Assembly (NCBI GenBank): GCA_964526225.1
Contig: CAZGLL010000002.1
Span: forward strand, 1,248 to 65,247
Direction: 5' to 3'
Origin: an uncultured Desulfurococcales archaeon
GTDB lineage: Archaea > Thermoproteota > Thermoprotei_A > EX4484-217-1
DNA: 64,000 nt
Shown: one piece after another, positions 9,154-19,613 of the stretch
Numbering within the stretch: the first letter of the stretch is position 1
Layout: each line of letters begins with the position of its first letter
Notes under the pieces: model-generated
Told to the model about the DNA's origin: nothing
Seen by the model: only the letters and a program-made list of their open reading frames with translations
Database searches by the model: none
Translations under genes and position numbers: made by a program

Positions 9154-10290
9154 TTAATATTGCATTTCTAATGCTCCAAATCTACAGCGTGAAACACAAA
9201 CTCCACATCCAAAACATTTATCTTCGTAAAGAACCGCTTTGCCTCTAACAACCTTTATGGCATCGTAGGGACAGCTTATTTCGCATAGTAAACATCCAGT
9301 ACATTTCTCCGGATAGTAAAGTGGCGGTGTTGATACATACCTTACCCATCTTTGCTTCCATATTCTATGAGTGTATCCCCTTAGTTCCTCTACGCTATTA
9401 AACCCCATTTTCTCCATTAGAACCTTTAGTTGCTTAACTATTTTCCCAAAAACCGCATGTCCTTGAAGGATTGCTGCAGTACATACTTGAACAGCTGATG
9501 CACCCACCATTATCATTTCCATAGCGTCTCTTCCCGTAGAAATTCCTCCTACACCAAGTATTGGTATATTCGGTATTTCCTTGTAAAGGTCGAAAACTAT
9601 TTTCAAAGCCAAATACTTTATTGCCGTTCCCGAAAGCCACCCTGTACCATCAGGTCCCCCCATTACTGGTAATCCTTTCAGCAAGTAGTCAGGTAATGGT
9701 GTGCTTAAATCCAGAGCTAACACCGGGCCGAAAGAGTTTATTGCCGAAATACCGTCAGCTCCAGCTTCAATAGCTTTCTTAGCCCATAATACAGGATCTA
9801 TTCCCGGATGTGGACTTAGCTTTAAAAACACTGGTTTCCCAGACTTCTTAGCTGCTTTAACAGCCTCCATCATTGGTGTTGGATCCTTTCCTATGTAGTG
9901 AACGGAAATTTCATACGCATCAGCGTACTTGTCCGTATTTTCAACAAGCCACGATATTTCCTCGGCCTTATACCCTACACTAATAATTAACGGTATACTT
10001 GCTGCCTTAGTTACTTCCCTAGCTATTTTCAACTCCTTTTCAAACCATGCTTCAGGTGGTAGTTCGCTCCAAAGCTCCATATTTAGAAATCCACCTTTAA
10101 CCTCAGCCATATGTGGCCTAGGTATTAATGGGTCAGCGGCTTTGACCGAAATCGTTTTAGTAACTATGCCTCCAGCTCCACCTTCAACACATCTCTTAAT
10201 TCTCTCACCATCCCTTACTGGAGGACCTGCAGCTGGAAGAACAGGATTTCTAAACTTTAACCCTGCTATTTCAACTGTTAAATCAACCAT
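9154..10290 (-). CDS. dihydroorotate-dehydrogenase-family flavoprotein with C-terminal 2x[4Fe-4S] domain (PreA / dihydropyrimidine dehydrogenase subunit B-like)
   Basis: DHOD-like TIM-barrel signatures ('GPP', 'GGISTGRDA') and two C-terminal CxxCxxCxxxCP motifs. Confidence 0.7.
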   Translation of the reverse strand: MVDLTVEIAGLKFRNPVLPAAGPPVRDGERIKRCVEGGAGGIVTKTISVKAADPLIPRPHMAEVKGGFLNMELWSELPPEAWFEKELKIAREVTKAASIPLIISVGYKAEEISWLVENTDKYADAYEISVHYIGKDPTPMMEAVKAAKKSGKPVFLKLSPHPGIDPVLWAKKAIEAGADGISAINSFGPVLALDLSTPLPDYLLKGLPVMGGPDGTGWLSGTAIKYLALKIVFDLYKEIPNIPILGVGGISTGRDAMEMIMVGASAVQVCTAAILQGHAVFGKIVKQLKVLMEKMGFNSVEELRGYTHRIWKQRWVRYVSTPPLYYPEKCTGCLLCEISCPYDAIKVVRGKAVLYEDKCFGCGVCVSRCRFGALEMQY

Positions 10291-10611
10291 AATGTAGCAC
10301 CTAAAAATTACCGCTTAATCTAACCTTAAAAGTTATTGAAGTATCTTATAGGGTTTTCTTCAGAATTCTTAGTCTAAAACAAAATACTATAGCTATTTAG
10401 GGAGCTTCTGTGTAAATTCACTTATTTAAACAGTTAATTATTATTCATTTTAGAATGTACTATTTAGAGGTATAGTATTTGTTTAAACCATTAATAGCTA
10501 AATTAGCCTAAATGAACACATTAATGCTTCATAGAAATTCTTAAATAAAAATCCTCCATAGTTTAATGCGAGAACTTTCTTGGAGGATGATGTAGTATTC
10601 CTCGCTTTAAC

Positions 10612-11478
10612 GTGTACATTCCTAAGGATCTTGACGATGCTCTCGAGTATCTCGACAAAAACGCGCCAGACGCTATACCGATAGCTGGAGGGACAGACGT
10701 TCTAATACAGATAAGGGAGGGTAAGCTTAAACCGAAAGTTCTTGTTGACTTATCAGGACTCAAAAGCCAGCTATCATATGTTAAGAGAGTTAACGGTAAA
10801 ATCGCTATCGGCGCGTTAACATCCGTTGCGGAGCTTGATGAATCATTTCTAGTTAAGGATAAAAGATACCTGGGCTTTGCTGATGTTTCAGCGAAATTCG
10901 CATCACCAATACTTAAACCGTTAGCTACAATAGGTGGAAATATTGGTGTAGCTGTTTCAGCATCAGACTATGTGACTCTACTTCACGTTTTAAATGCTCA
11001 AGTGAAACTCGTTAGCGTTAAAGGTGAGAGAGTAGTTCCGTTGGAGAAACTTGTTGTTGAGAAAAGAACTTTAGCTAAAGAACCTAACGAAATAATATAC
11101 GAAGTATTATTCGATGAGCTACTTGAAAACTCTTCAACAGCATTCATGAAGTTTGATAGGAGAGAAATGATAATTACGGGGTATGTTACATGCGCAACAT
11201 ATTTGCAATTAAAGAATAACGTAATCGAAGACGTTAGAATAGCTTTCGACAGAGTCACTGGGAGAATACCTGGAAGAGCTAGGAAAACAGAAGACTTTCT
11301 TAAAGGAAAAGAGTTCAGCTTAGACGTTATTAGGCAAGCATACAATGAAGTATTACCTACGGAAATGAAGAGAAAAAGCGACTTCAGAGCTTCAGCAGAA
11401 TATAGGCTTGACATGTCAAAGGTTATGATGAAGAGAGCTCTTCTTAAAGCAAAATCCCGTATAGAAGGGGGTGTGTAA
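10612..11478 (+). CDS. molybdenum hydroxylase FAD-binding medium subunit (CoxM/XdhB-like)
   Basis: 288 aa with 'IPIAGGTDVLIQ' FAD-binding motif. GTG start. Confidence 0.8.
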   Translation: MYIPKDLDDALEYLDKNAPDAIPIAGGTDVLIQIREGKLKPKVLVDLSGLKSQLSYVKRVNGKIAIGALTSVAELDESFLVKDKRYLGFADVSAKFASPILKPLATIGGNIGVAVSASDYVTLLHVLNAQVKLVSVKGERVVPLEKLVVEKRTLAKEPNEIIYEVLFDELLENSSTAFMKFDRREMIITGYVTCATYLQLKNNVIEDVRIAFDRVTGRIPGRARKTEDFLKGKEFSLDVIRQAYNEVLPTEMKRKSDFRASAEYRLDMSKVMMKRALLKAKSRIEGGV

Positions 11479-11481
11479 GTT

Positions 11482-12015
11482 ATGACTCAAACTCAAGTTC
11501 AAGAATACCCTGAAATAACAATAACACTTAACGTTAATGGGAAAGACTTTACAGTTAATGTTAAACCTTATGAGAGACTAATTGATGTGTTAAGATATAA
11601 GCTAGGATTCTTAAGTGTTAAGGAAGGATGTGGTCGTGGAGAATGTGGAACATGTACTGTAATTATGGATGGAAAACTTGTTCCATCATGCCTTGTCTTG
11701 GCAGTTCAAGCTAGAGGCAAAAAGATAATCACACTAGAAGGTATTGCACCTCAAGGCAAGCTTCATGCAATACAGAAGGCTCTACTTGACACTTACGCTA
11801 TGCAATGCGGATTCTGCTTCCCAGGAGTAATAATGGCAGCGTATCATTTGCTCAGTAAGAACCAGAACCCATCGGAAGATGAAATTAAATACGCTCTTTC
11901 AGGGAACCTATGCAGATGCGGTAGCTATTTAAGATTTGTTAAGGCAGTTAAGTTAGCAGCCGAGTATATTAGGAAGGGACAAGTCTATTTTGATCTTAAA
12001 AAAGTTCCACCTTAA
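11482..12015 (+). CDS. molybdenum hydroxylase (2Fe-2S)-binding small subunit (CoxS-like)
   Basis: 177 aa with 'CGRGECGTCTV' and 'CGFCFPG…CRCGSY' motifs. Confidence 0.85.
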   Translation: MTQTQVQEYPEITITLNVNGKDFTVNVKPYERLIDVLRYKLGFLSVKEGCGRGECGTCTVIMDGKLVPSCLVLAVQARGKKIITLEGIAPQGKLHAIQKALLDTYAMQCGFCFPGVIMAAYHLLSKNQNPSEDEIKYALSGNLCRCGSYLRFVKAVKLAAEYIRKGQVYFDLKKVPP

Positions 12016-12027
12016 GGTGATCTATGT

Positions 12028-14406
12028 ATGGCCTCCTCCCATGCAGAATATGTTAAAATAGTTGAAGAAATGTTTGAAAGGAAAAAGGAATTCCGGTTAA
12101 TAGGTCAGTATGTTCAGAGATGGGATGCACTAGATAAAATACTGGGTAGAGCGAGATTTACTGCTGACCACGCATATTTCTTCAAAAACTTAGTATATGT
12201 TCACGCCGTAAGGGCAAAGTATGCCCACGCAAAAATAAATAAAGTAGATGTTTCAGAAGCGGAAAAAGTTCCCGGAGTACTTAAGGTAATTACACATAAG
12301 GATATTCCCGGAGTAAACGATGTAGGATACGTGTTACCAGATCAACCACTATTAGCGTATGGAAAAGTAAGGTATATTGGAGACACTGTTGCACTTGTAG
12401 TGGCTGAGGATCCCTACATTGCTGAGGAAGCAGCAGAGAAGGTATATGTAGACTATGAGCCATTACCTGTAATAACTAATCCGTTAGATATTGTTAGTTT
12501 CGGAGGTTTGAAGGAGAAAGAACATACGTTAATACATGATGAAAGAGGTTCAGACGTTATAGCAAGATTTAGAATACTTAAGGGTGATGTTAGGAAAGGG
12601 TTTAAGGAAGCAGACGTCGTTGTTGAAGGAGAATATAGAACTCAGTTCCAGGAGCATGCATACTTAGAACCGGAAGCTGCTTTAGCAATACCTGAACATG
12701 ACGGTGGAGTAACGATTATAGCGTCAACACAGTGTCCTCATGAAGCTAGGAGAGCAATATCCAGGGTTCTAGGTTTACCGTTTGCTAAAGTAAGAATAGT
12801 TGTTCCGCCTGTAGGTGGAGGTTTCGGAGGAAAAGAGGACGTAGCTAACGAGATAGGGGCTAAAGCGGCTTTAGCAGCGTTGCTAACGGGAAGGCCAGCG
12901 CTTGTAATGCATAAGAGAGAGGAATCGATAATAGGCCATAGCAAGAGGCATCCAATGATAGCTAGGTATAGGCATGGAGCTAAAAGAAATGGTACTTTAA
13001 CAGCTGTTGAAGCAGAAATAATTCTCGACACAGGAGCTTATGCTTCATTAGGACCTTTTGTTCTCTGGAGAGCTATTGTTCACTCAACAGGACCGTACAA
13101 AATACCTCACGTACATACGGAAGGAGTAGCAGTATATACGAACAATGTTTATGCTGGAGCATTTAGGGGATTCGGAAATCCGCAGATAACGTTTGCTGTA
13201 GAGCAACAAATGGACAAATTAGCTGAAGAACTTGGAATGGACCCTGTTGAGCTAAGACTTAAGAATATTCTTAGAAATGGTGATAGAACAGTACATGGCC
13301 AGCTCCTAGATCACGGAGTAGGTCTTGAAGAAACAATTAAGAAAGCTGTTGAAGCAACCGACTGGTACCGTAAGAGAGCAGAATACGCTAAGCAAACAGG
13401 AACTATAAGGAAGGGTATAGGCTTAGCTCTACTATGGCATGGAAACAGCATTGGCGCTGAAGGAGCAGACTACAGCTCAGTAACATTAATTATAAACAGA
13501 GATGGAAGTATAACCTTTAGGACAGGGCTTACGGACTTTGGACAAGGATCAACGCAAGGATTAATCATGATAGCAGCGGAAATCCTAGGCGTACCACCAG
13601 ATTACTTTAGGGTAGATCAGCCAGACACCTCGGCAACACCCGATGCTGGTCCAACGGTTGCTTCAAGAGCTACGGCTATGGGTGGAAACGCAACGTTAGT
13701 TGCAGCCTACAAGCTAAGGCAGAGACTGAATCAGGTAGCAGCTGACATATTAAAATGTAGCCCAGAGGACGTCGAAATACATGCACCAGACGTTTACTGT
13801 AAGAGTGACCCGTCAAGAAAGATTAGATGGGTTGATCTTATAGAGGAATGTTTCTGGAGAGGAGTACCACTACAGGAATTTGGATATTATAGAGCGCCCA
13901 AAGCAGTCTGGGAGGACGAAACAGGACAAGGGGAACCATACTTTACATACACATTCGGAACTATAGTAGCTGAAGTAGCTGTGGACATGGAAACAGGTAA
14001 GGTAACTGTAGATAGGGTAACGACAGTTTACGACATAGGCAAAGTAATCAACAGGGTTGGAGCAGAACTACATGCTGAAGGAGGAGCAATTCAGGGGATG
14101 GGCTATGCTCTAATGGAAGAGCTAGTGCATGACGAAAACGGTAGAGTACTTAACCCCAACCTATATGCGTACTACATACCAACAATAATGGACGCTCCCA
14201 AAGAAATAGTTGCACTATGGGTTGAAGCAGGCTATAGAAGAGGGCCTTTCGGAGCAAAAGGTCTAGGGGAACCCTCTATAAACGGTATCGCACCAGCAAT
14301 AGCTAATGCGATAGCTCATGCAATAGGGGCGAGAATAACGTCGTTACCGATAACTCCTGAGAAAGTTTACTTAACGCTTAAAAAGTTAGGAAAAATAAAG
14401 CTCTAA
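12028..14406 (+). CDS. molybdopterin-binding large subunit, xanthine dehydrogenase/aldehyde oxidoreductase family
   Basis: 792 aa with 'GGGFGGKE' and 'GQGS' motifs. It follows the S and M subunits in operon order. Confidence 0.9.
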   Translation: MASSHAEYVKIVEEMFERKKEFRLIGQYVQRWDALDKILGRARFTADHAYFFKNLVYVHAVRAKYAHAKINKVDVSEAEKVPGVLKVITHKDIPGVNDVGYVLPDQPLLAYGKVRYIGDTVALVVAEDPYIAEEAAEKVYVDYEPLPVITNPLDIVSFGGLKEKEHTLIHDERGSDVIARFRILKGDVRKGFKEADVVVEGEYRTQFQEHAYLEPEAALAIPEHDGGVTIIASTQCPHEARRAISRVLGLPFAKVRIVVPPVGGGFGGKEDVANEIGAKAALAALLTGRPALVMHKREESIIGHSKRHPMIARYRHGAKRNGTLTAVEAEIILDTGAYASLGPFVLWRAIVHSTGPYKIPHVHTEGVAVYTNNVYAGAFRGFGNPQITFAVEQQMDKLAEELGMDPVELRLKNILRNGDRTVHGQLLDHGVGLEETIKKAVEATDWYRKRAEYAKQTGTIRKGIGLALLWHGNSIGAEGADYSSVTLIINRDGSITFRTGLTDFGQGSTQGLIMIAAEILGVPPDYFRVDQPDTSATPDAGPTVASRATAMGGNATLVAAYKLRQRLNQVAADILKCSPEDVEIHAPDVYCKSDPSRKIRWVDLIEECFWRGVPLQEFGYYRAPKAVWEDETGQGEPYFTYTFGTIVAEVAVDMETGKVTVDRVTTVYDIGKVINRVGAELHAEGGAIQGMGYALMEELVHDENGRVLNPNLYAYYIPTIMDAPKEIVALWVEAGYRRGPFGAKGLGEPSINGIAPAIANAIAHAIGARITSLPITPEKVYLTLKKLGKIKL

Positions 14407-14422
14407 AAACAAAAATTTTCTT

Positions 14423-15187
14423 TTAAATTTTAGCTTTTCTATACATAGTTTCGCCTATTAATGCGCCGAGAACTATGAACACTACCGATGTTGGATACCA
14501 TGTGGAAAACGAAAATGCAATATATGCTATCGCTGCTGGCGCTGGATTTAAAGCTCCCGCATAAATACATGTCCAACCATACAAGTGGATAGCTAGCATA
14601 GCTATTATACCTAACGCTACCTTAATTACTGAGTATTTAGAAGAAACCCTAACTATTCTCCAGTAAATATAGGATGCCAAAGCCCACGTACCTGCATCGA
14701 CCATAGCTAATGTAGGTACAAGCAATGCTGTTCTAAGCCAGGGAGCACCACCGATAGCCCATCTCACAAAGAAACCAACAAACCACGCTATAAGCGAAAC
14801 AGCTGGGCCAAAGTAAGTGGCAGTAAAGCCTGTTATAAGTGCTGGTAAGTCTATGTTTACTCCTGTCAATATTCCACCTACAGCATAAACTGCTGCAACA
14901 ACAGCTGCAGCAGTTAAAATGTATGTAGAAAGCACTGTTTTCTTAACTTTTCCAGCCCTTATCAAAGGCATTTTGAATCTTTCATCACTAACGAAAAGCG
15001 TTGCAACAATAACTCCCGGTAGAAACAACGTTAAAAATGCGACAGCATATGCTAACGCTATTCGAGCTGGAGAAAAACTAGGACCAAGCCCTGGACCCCA
15101 TGGTTGAAAAGCTAAAACCACAATAATTCCTAATACTATGGAGCCAACGATAATACCGTAAGCTAACGGCTTTTTCGTAGACAACAC
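14423..15187 (-). CDS. polytopic membrane protein, possible ECF-transporter substrate-specific (S) component
   Basis: 254 aa with 6–7 TM helices. It lies near ecfT/ecfA, but another gene intervenes. Confidence 0.4.
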   Translation of the reverse strand: MLSTKKPLAYGIIVGSIVLGIIVVLAFQPWGPGLGPSFSPARIALAYAVAFLTLFLPGVIVATLFVSDERFKMPLIRAGKVKKTVLSTYILTAAAVVAAVYAVGGILTGVNIDLPALITGFTATYFGPAVSLIAWFVGFFVRWAIGGAPWLRTALLVPTLAMVDAGTWALASYIYWRIVRVSSKYSVIKVALGIIAMLAIHLYGWTCIYAGALNPAPAAIAYIAFSFSTWYPTSVVFIVLGALIGETMYRKAKI

Positions 15188-15273
15188 AATATAGCACCAA
15201 GTATTCGAAAATACTTATGCTTAAATCTAAACTTTTCTATTAGGAAAAACGTGTATTTAAGGAGGACTTAATA

Positions 15274-16557
15274 GTGTCTAAGGAAGCCATATTATCATTA
15301 GATATAGGAACGGTAAATCTAAAAACACTAGCTATCACAACTTATGGGAAACAGCTGTGGTTAAGTAAAAGGAACATTTCCAAAACACAAACCCCTAGAA
15401 AACTTTGGACAAAAATACTGAATGAAATAATGGAAATACCATCATCAATAAGATCAAATATAAAGGTGATTACAATAACATCACATGGTCCATCTTTCGT
15501 TGTGAAAACATACGATAATAGGGAAAACATAGAGCCTTACTATAAACAAATAAGCAACGTAAATGTGAAATCACAATTAAACTTTCACGAAATAAAGCTT
15601 CTAAGCATAGTGAATAATTACAATGTAAAGAAAGTGAAGTGGATTTTAGGGTTAAAAGAATATATAGCGTATAGGTTCACTAACATAGCAACATATGATA
15701 AATTAGAGCTAAGGGAAAAAGAGTTAAGAAAACACGTCAAGGAATTAGAGTCGAAAATTTTTGCAAAAGGTCATGATTGCATGAAGCCCATAGGGTATAT
15801 TAGGAAAAGTCTTTCTAAGAAATTGGGTTTAAAAGAGAAAGTAAGCGTAATTGTCGCTCCAACAGATGCTATATGTAGCTTAATAGGTGTTGGATGTTTA
15901 GATATAGGGTGTACCAATTTAAACTTAGGATATACAGTTACTCTTCTAAACATAGCTAATGGAAACTCTAAGAATGAATGTGATGTAATAGGTTATTTGC
16001 TTAGAAAGAATGTGTCATTAAGGATAGATTCAGTAATTATAGGTCATGCTATATCGTTTGCCAAGAAAGTTTTTAGCGCAAATAGTAGCACACAGATTAA
16101 TAATGATCTCTCATTAATAATACCTATGATCCGTAAGGGAATGTCGTATAAAACAACAATTTCGGCAATAAACATATCACACGACTTCACATATGCCAAA
16201 GCATTAAGAACTATTATAACTACAGCATTACTTTACCTAAGCCTAAACAGTACAGATAAAAAACTAGGCAAAATAAGGTTAAGTGGAGGATTAGTTTCAG
16301 ATGAAATAGCAAAGCTCGTATCAAACATTTTCGATACCGAAGTCCAGATTCCAAAAAATATTGAGTCATCAGTTTTAGGAGCTTCATTTATAGGTATAAG
16401 TTATTTAAATAATGAAGACTTAGCTACTACAGTTAAAAGGAATGTAGAAATTGAAAAAATTTTTACGCCAAGTAGAGAGGAAACCGTAAAGTATAGTAAA
16501 TACTTAGAGGTTTTTAGAAAGATATACGATATCCTTGTAGAAGCATTTCTAAATTAA
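15274..16557 (+). CDS. ASKHA-fold protein, divergent FGGY sugar-kinase-like
   Basis: 'LSLDIGT' phosphate-1 motif and C-terminal 'LSGGLVSDEIAKLVSNIFDTEVQIP…SSVLGASFIG'. Composition is unusually AT-rich. Confidence 0.5.
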   Translation: MSKEAILSLDIGTVNLKTLAITTYGKQLWLSKRNISKTQTPRKLWTKILNEIMEIPSSIRSNIKVITITSHGPSFVVKTYDNRENIEPYYKQISNVNVKSQLNFHEIKLLSIVNNYNVKKVKWILGLKEYIAYRFTNIATYDKLELREKELRKHVKELESKIFAKGHDCMKPIGYIRKSLSKKLGLKEKVSVIVAPTDAICSLIGVGCLDIGCTNLNLGYTVTLLNIANGNSKNECDVIGYLLRKNVSLRIDSVIIGHAISFAKKVFSANSSTQINNDLSLIIPMIRKGMSYKTTISAINISHDFTYAKALRTIITTALLYLSLNSTDKKLGKIRLSGGLVSDEIAKLVSNIFDTEVQIPKNIESSVLGASFIGISYLNNEDLATTVKRNVEIEKIFTPSREETVKYSKYLEVFRKIYDILVEAFLN

Positions 16558-17367
16558 GCCAATACCGTATTCTAAAGCATAGTAAAGTGAAAGAACGGCT
16601 CCGCTAAGGGAGAATAGAATGACCACGTAGTCTGAAATGGTAAATTTAGGTTTCCATTTCAATCCGACCTTGCTGGATACGCTAAATCCTCTAATATATG
16701 CAACCATCGTCAATGTATCGACGTACTCTATTGTTTTCTTAAGGAAAGGATAAGCTAATGGAGCAGCTTGCTTAATGAGTTTAGCAGGGTTTTTCGAAGT
16801 AAGTTCCCATCCTCTAAGTTTTTGAGCAATTATTGTAGTATTTATCTCCCTTAAAATGTCAGGTACAAGCTTTAGCGCTACAACAAAAACGTAAATTAGT
16901 TTTCTCGGAACTTTAAGAAAGCTAAGCGTTTTAACCATATCGTTAAGAGAAGTCGTATATATGAAGGAAAACGTTAACATCATTGTTGAAATGATTTTCA
17001 AAATATCGGAAATGGTCCATAAAATTCCTCCATAAATTATCGTGATAGGTCCTATTTTCGCGATAACTTTACCTGCAATTTCCGGAGATAAATAATGGAA
17101 ATATGCTCCTTGAGCTTGCGATATACCTAAAATCAATGATTCAACAAATCTTATTACGGCTACGGGTAATATTATAATAAGCCATTTAGGAGGTGTTTTG
17201 GAGACAACATATATTAACGCCGAAATTAAAGCAATAACCATTACGAATCTTGGATCCCAATAAACTGTGAGAACTATAAATATCGATATTAGCATTATAA
17301 CTTTAGCTATGGGGTTTAAATTATGAAGAAAAGTATTACGTGGCTCATATTCGAAAATCATCGGCAT
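16549..17367 (-). CDS. ecfT: ECF transporter transmembrane (T) component (EcfT/CbiQ family)
   Basis: 272-aa membrane protein directly downstream of the fused ECF ATPase. Confidence 0.7.
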   Translation of the reverse strand: MPMIFEYEPRNTFLHNLNPIAKVIMLISIFIVLTVYWDPRFVMVIALISALIYVVSKTPPKWLIIILPVAVIRFVESLILGISQAQGAYFHYLSPEIAGKVIAKIGPITIIYGGILWTISDILKIISTMMLTFSFIYTTSLNDMVKTLSFLKVPRKLIYVFVVALKLVPDILREINTTIIAQKLRGWELTSKNPAKLIKQAAPLAYPFLKKTIEYVDTLTMVAYIRGFSVSSKVGLKWKPKFTISDYVVILFSLSGAVLSLYYALEYGIGLI

Positions 17368-17371
17368 AAAA

Positions 17372-19081
17372 CTACTCCTCCGCTTCCCTAATTATTGTTT
17401 TTAAAACTGCCATTACCTTTTCACTATCCATTCTTAGTTTCTCAGAAAGTTCATGCGCTACTTCGAAAATAGGCGGTGGCTTTATAGAGATTTTCTTCAA
17501 AACACTAACATTTTTAAAAACTTCACCAGGTATGCCTTGTTGAAACACTTGACCATTATGAATAACTACTAATCTATCGCAGAATCTGTGTATCAACTTC
17601 ATGTTATGAGATATTACGATGACCGATTTGCCTTTCAAAGTTAGTTCCTTAAGAATTCTCATTATTCGAATCGATGATGGATAGTCTAATCCATTAGTTG
17701 GCTCATCAACTATCAGAATTTTAGGTTCTAAAACGTAAACGCTTGCTAGGGAAGTTAGTGCCTTAATATCTTTAGTTAACTCGCTAATAGGTGTTTTACG
17801 GTATTTTTCCAAGCCAAAAATTCTCAGGGCTTCGGTAACTTTCTGTGAAATAATGTTCGGAGGATATTTTAGCATTTTAAGGGCGAAAGCGACTTCTTCC
17901 TCCACGGTTTCGGAGAAAAGTTGATTGTCAGGGTTTTGAAAAACGTAGTTCACTAACCTTATTCTTTCCTTTAAACTGTACTCTATAATGCTTCTTCCAA
18001 AGACACGTACTTTACCTCTTTGAGGAACTAGCACTCCTGCCATAACTAACGCTAACGTTGTCTTTCCGGATCCATTTTGCCCTATTATTCCAAGCATTTC
18101 GCCTTCGTAAACATTTAGTGAAACATCCTTAAGAGCAAGTACGCCGTTAGGGTAAACGTATTCTACATTTTCTACGTTTAAAATCTCCTTTTTACTATGC
18201 ATGGTAATTTCAGATCTGCCAAGGTCATTACTTGCTGAAGCATTTTTCACAATATTTTCTAAGCTCATACTCATTTTCCTTATTTTAGAGAGAAGCTTTA
18301 TTCTAAAGGGTTTTTCAAAATCCAGTTTTTCGATAATATTTTTAGAAAGAATGTCTTCGGGATCGCCATCCGCAATTATTTTTCCTTTATCAAGTACTAT
18401 TATTCTCGAAGCAATTTCAACTATTTCTTCAAGGTCATTACCTGATTCGGAAATAATACATGAAACACCATAATCTCTATTAAGCTTCCTTAATGATCTA
18501 AGCACCTCCGTTTTACCTATAGGGTCGAGCATAGAAATGGGTTCATCAAGTAATAGTAGTTTAGGTCTTAGCGCGAAAACTCCGGCTAAAGCAACTCTTT
18601 GTTGCTGGCCTCCACTTAGTTCCTTCGGATTTCTCTTCTCTAAACCCATGAGACCTAGTGTTTCAATAGCTGTTCTTGTTCTTTCCAAAACTTCTTCTTC
18701 ACTTAAACCCATGTTTAGCGGTCCAAAAGCTACGTCATCTTCAACAGTTAGATTAAATATTTGCTTAGAAGGATCATCGATAACTAATCCTACACATCCT
18801 ACTAATCCTTCAGTGCCTACTTTGACGATGTTTTTTCCACAAACACTTATTTCACCTTCCACCTTACCATGGTAAATATGGGGTATTAGACCGCTCAGAA
18901 CCCTTAGAAGGGAAGTTTTACCTGAACCTAGCCTACCAAGGATAACAACAAATTCTCCCTTGCTAATTTCAAAACTTACATCATCTAGAACCCTTCTAAC
19001 ACCATCGTATGTTAGCTTCAAATTCTCTACTTCTACTACCTTCATAAATACTCGGACCTTTGTAGAATCATTTAATCTCAC
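17372..19081 (-). CDS. ecfA: ECF transporter tandem ATPase (EcfA1–EcfA2 fusion, ABC)
   Basis: 569 aa carrying two Walker A motifs ('GRLGSGKTSL', 'GQNGSGKTTL'), two LSGGQ-like signatures and Walker B 'LLLDEP' / 'LIVDEP'. Confidence 0.85.
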   Translation of the reverse strand: MRLNDSTKVRVFMKVVEVENLKLTYDGVRRVLDDVSFEISKGEFVVILGRLGSGKTSLLRVLSGLIPHIYHGKVEGEISVCGKNIVKVGTEGLVGCVGLVIDDPSKQIFNLTVEDDVAFGPLNMGLSEEEVLERTRTAIETLGLMGLEKRNPKELSGGQQQRVALAGVFALRPKLLLLDEPISMLDPIGKTEVLRSLRKLNRDYGVSCIISESGNDLEEIVEIASRIIVLDKGKIIADGDPEDILSKNIIEKLDFEKPFRIKLLSKIRKMSMSLENIVKNASASNDLGRSEITMHSKKEILNVENVEYVYPNGVLALKDVSLNVYEGEMLGIIGQNGSGKTTLALVMAGVLVPQRGKVRVFGRSIIEYSLKERIRLVNYVFQNPDNQLFSETVEEEVAFALKMLKYPPNIISQKVTEALRIFGLEKYRKTPISELTKDIKALTSLASVYVLEPKILIVDEPTNGLDYPSSIRIMRILKELTLKGKSVIVISHNMKLIHRFCDRLVVIHNGQVFQQGIPGEVFKNVSVLKKISIKPPPIFEVAHELSEKLRMDSEKVMAVLKTIIREAEE

Positions 19082-19105
19082 TTACGAGAAGTATTGTAAA
19101 GCATT

Positions 19106-19510
19106 TTATGCTTTTCTTACCCTAAGCTTTAAACCATCTATACCAGTTACTCTTATTGCATCACCTGGCTTAACATGGTCTATAGTTTTAGCAATCCAAT
19201 ATTCTCCTTCAACTTCAACCACAAGTTCCCCTTTGGTTGAAATAAATTTCACAAAACCTGTTTTTCCAATTACTGCCTCGGGCCCTATAATGGGTTTTTT
19301 CTTTTGAACCTTAACTATGGATATGGTTAACAATATAGTTATTAATACTGCAACTAACCCTGCAATAGTAGCTAATTTAGGGGTTATTATTTTAAAGTAT
19401 GTGAGAAGAGCTAAGCCAAGTATTACTAACGCTAAAACAATTATGATTTCATCTATAACTGCTATTACAGCTTCACTTCTAAACCACTTAGACTTCATAA
19501 TATTACACAT
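19106..19510 (-). CDS. NfeD-like membrane protein, short form (TM helices plus C-terminal OB-fold)
   Basis: 134 aa with N-terminal TM helices and 'GEYWIAKTIDHVKPGDAIRVTGIDGLKLRV'. No stomatin/PHB partner gene lies nearby. Confidence 0.6.
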   Translation of the reverse strand: MCNIMKSKWFRSEAVIAVIDEIIIVLALVILGLALLTYFKIITPKLATIAGLVAVLITILLTISIVKVQKKKPIIGPEAVIGKTGFVKFISTKGELVVEVEGEYWIAKTIDHVKPGDAIRVTGIDGLKLRVRKA

Positions 19511-19613
19511 CCAATATTCAGCATCTAACCACTATGAAGTAGTTACCGCTAAGCTCTACTGAGATTACTTATTAATACCCTCGGAAACATAAAATTTATG
19601 GCTAAATAACGCT

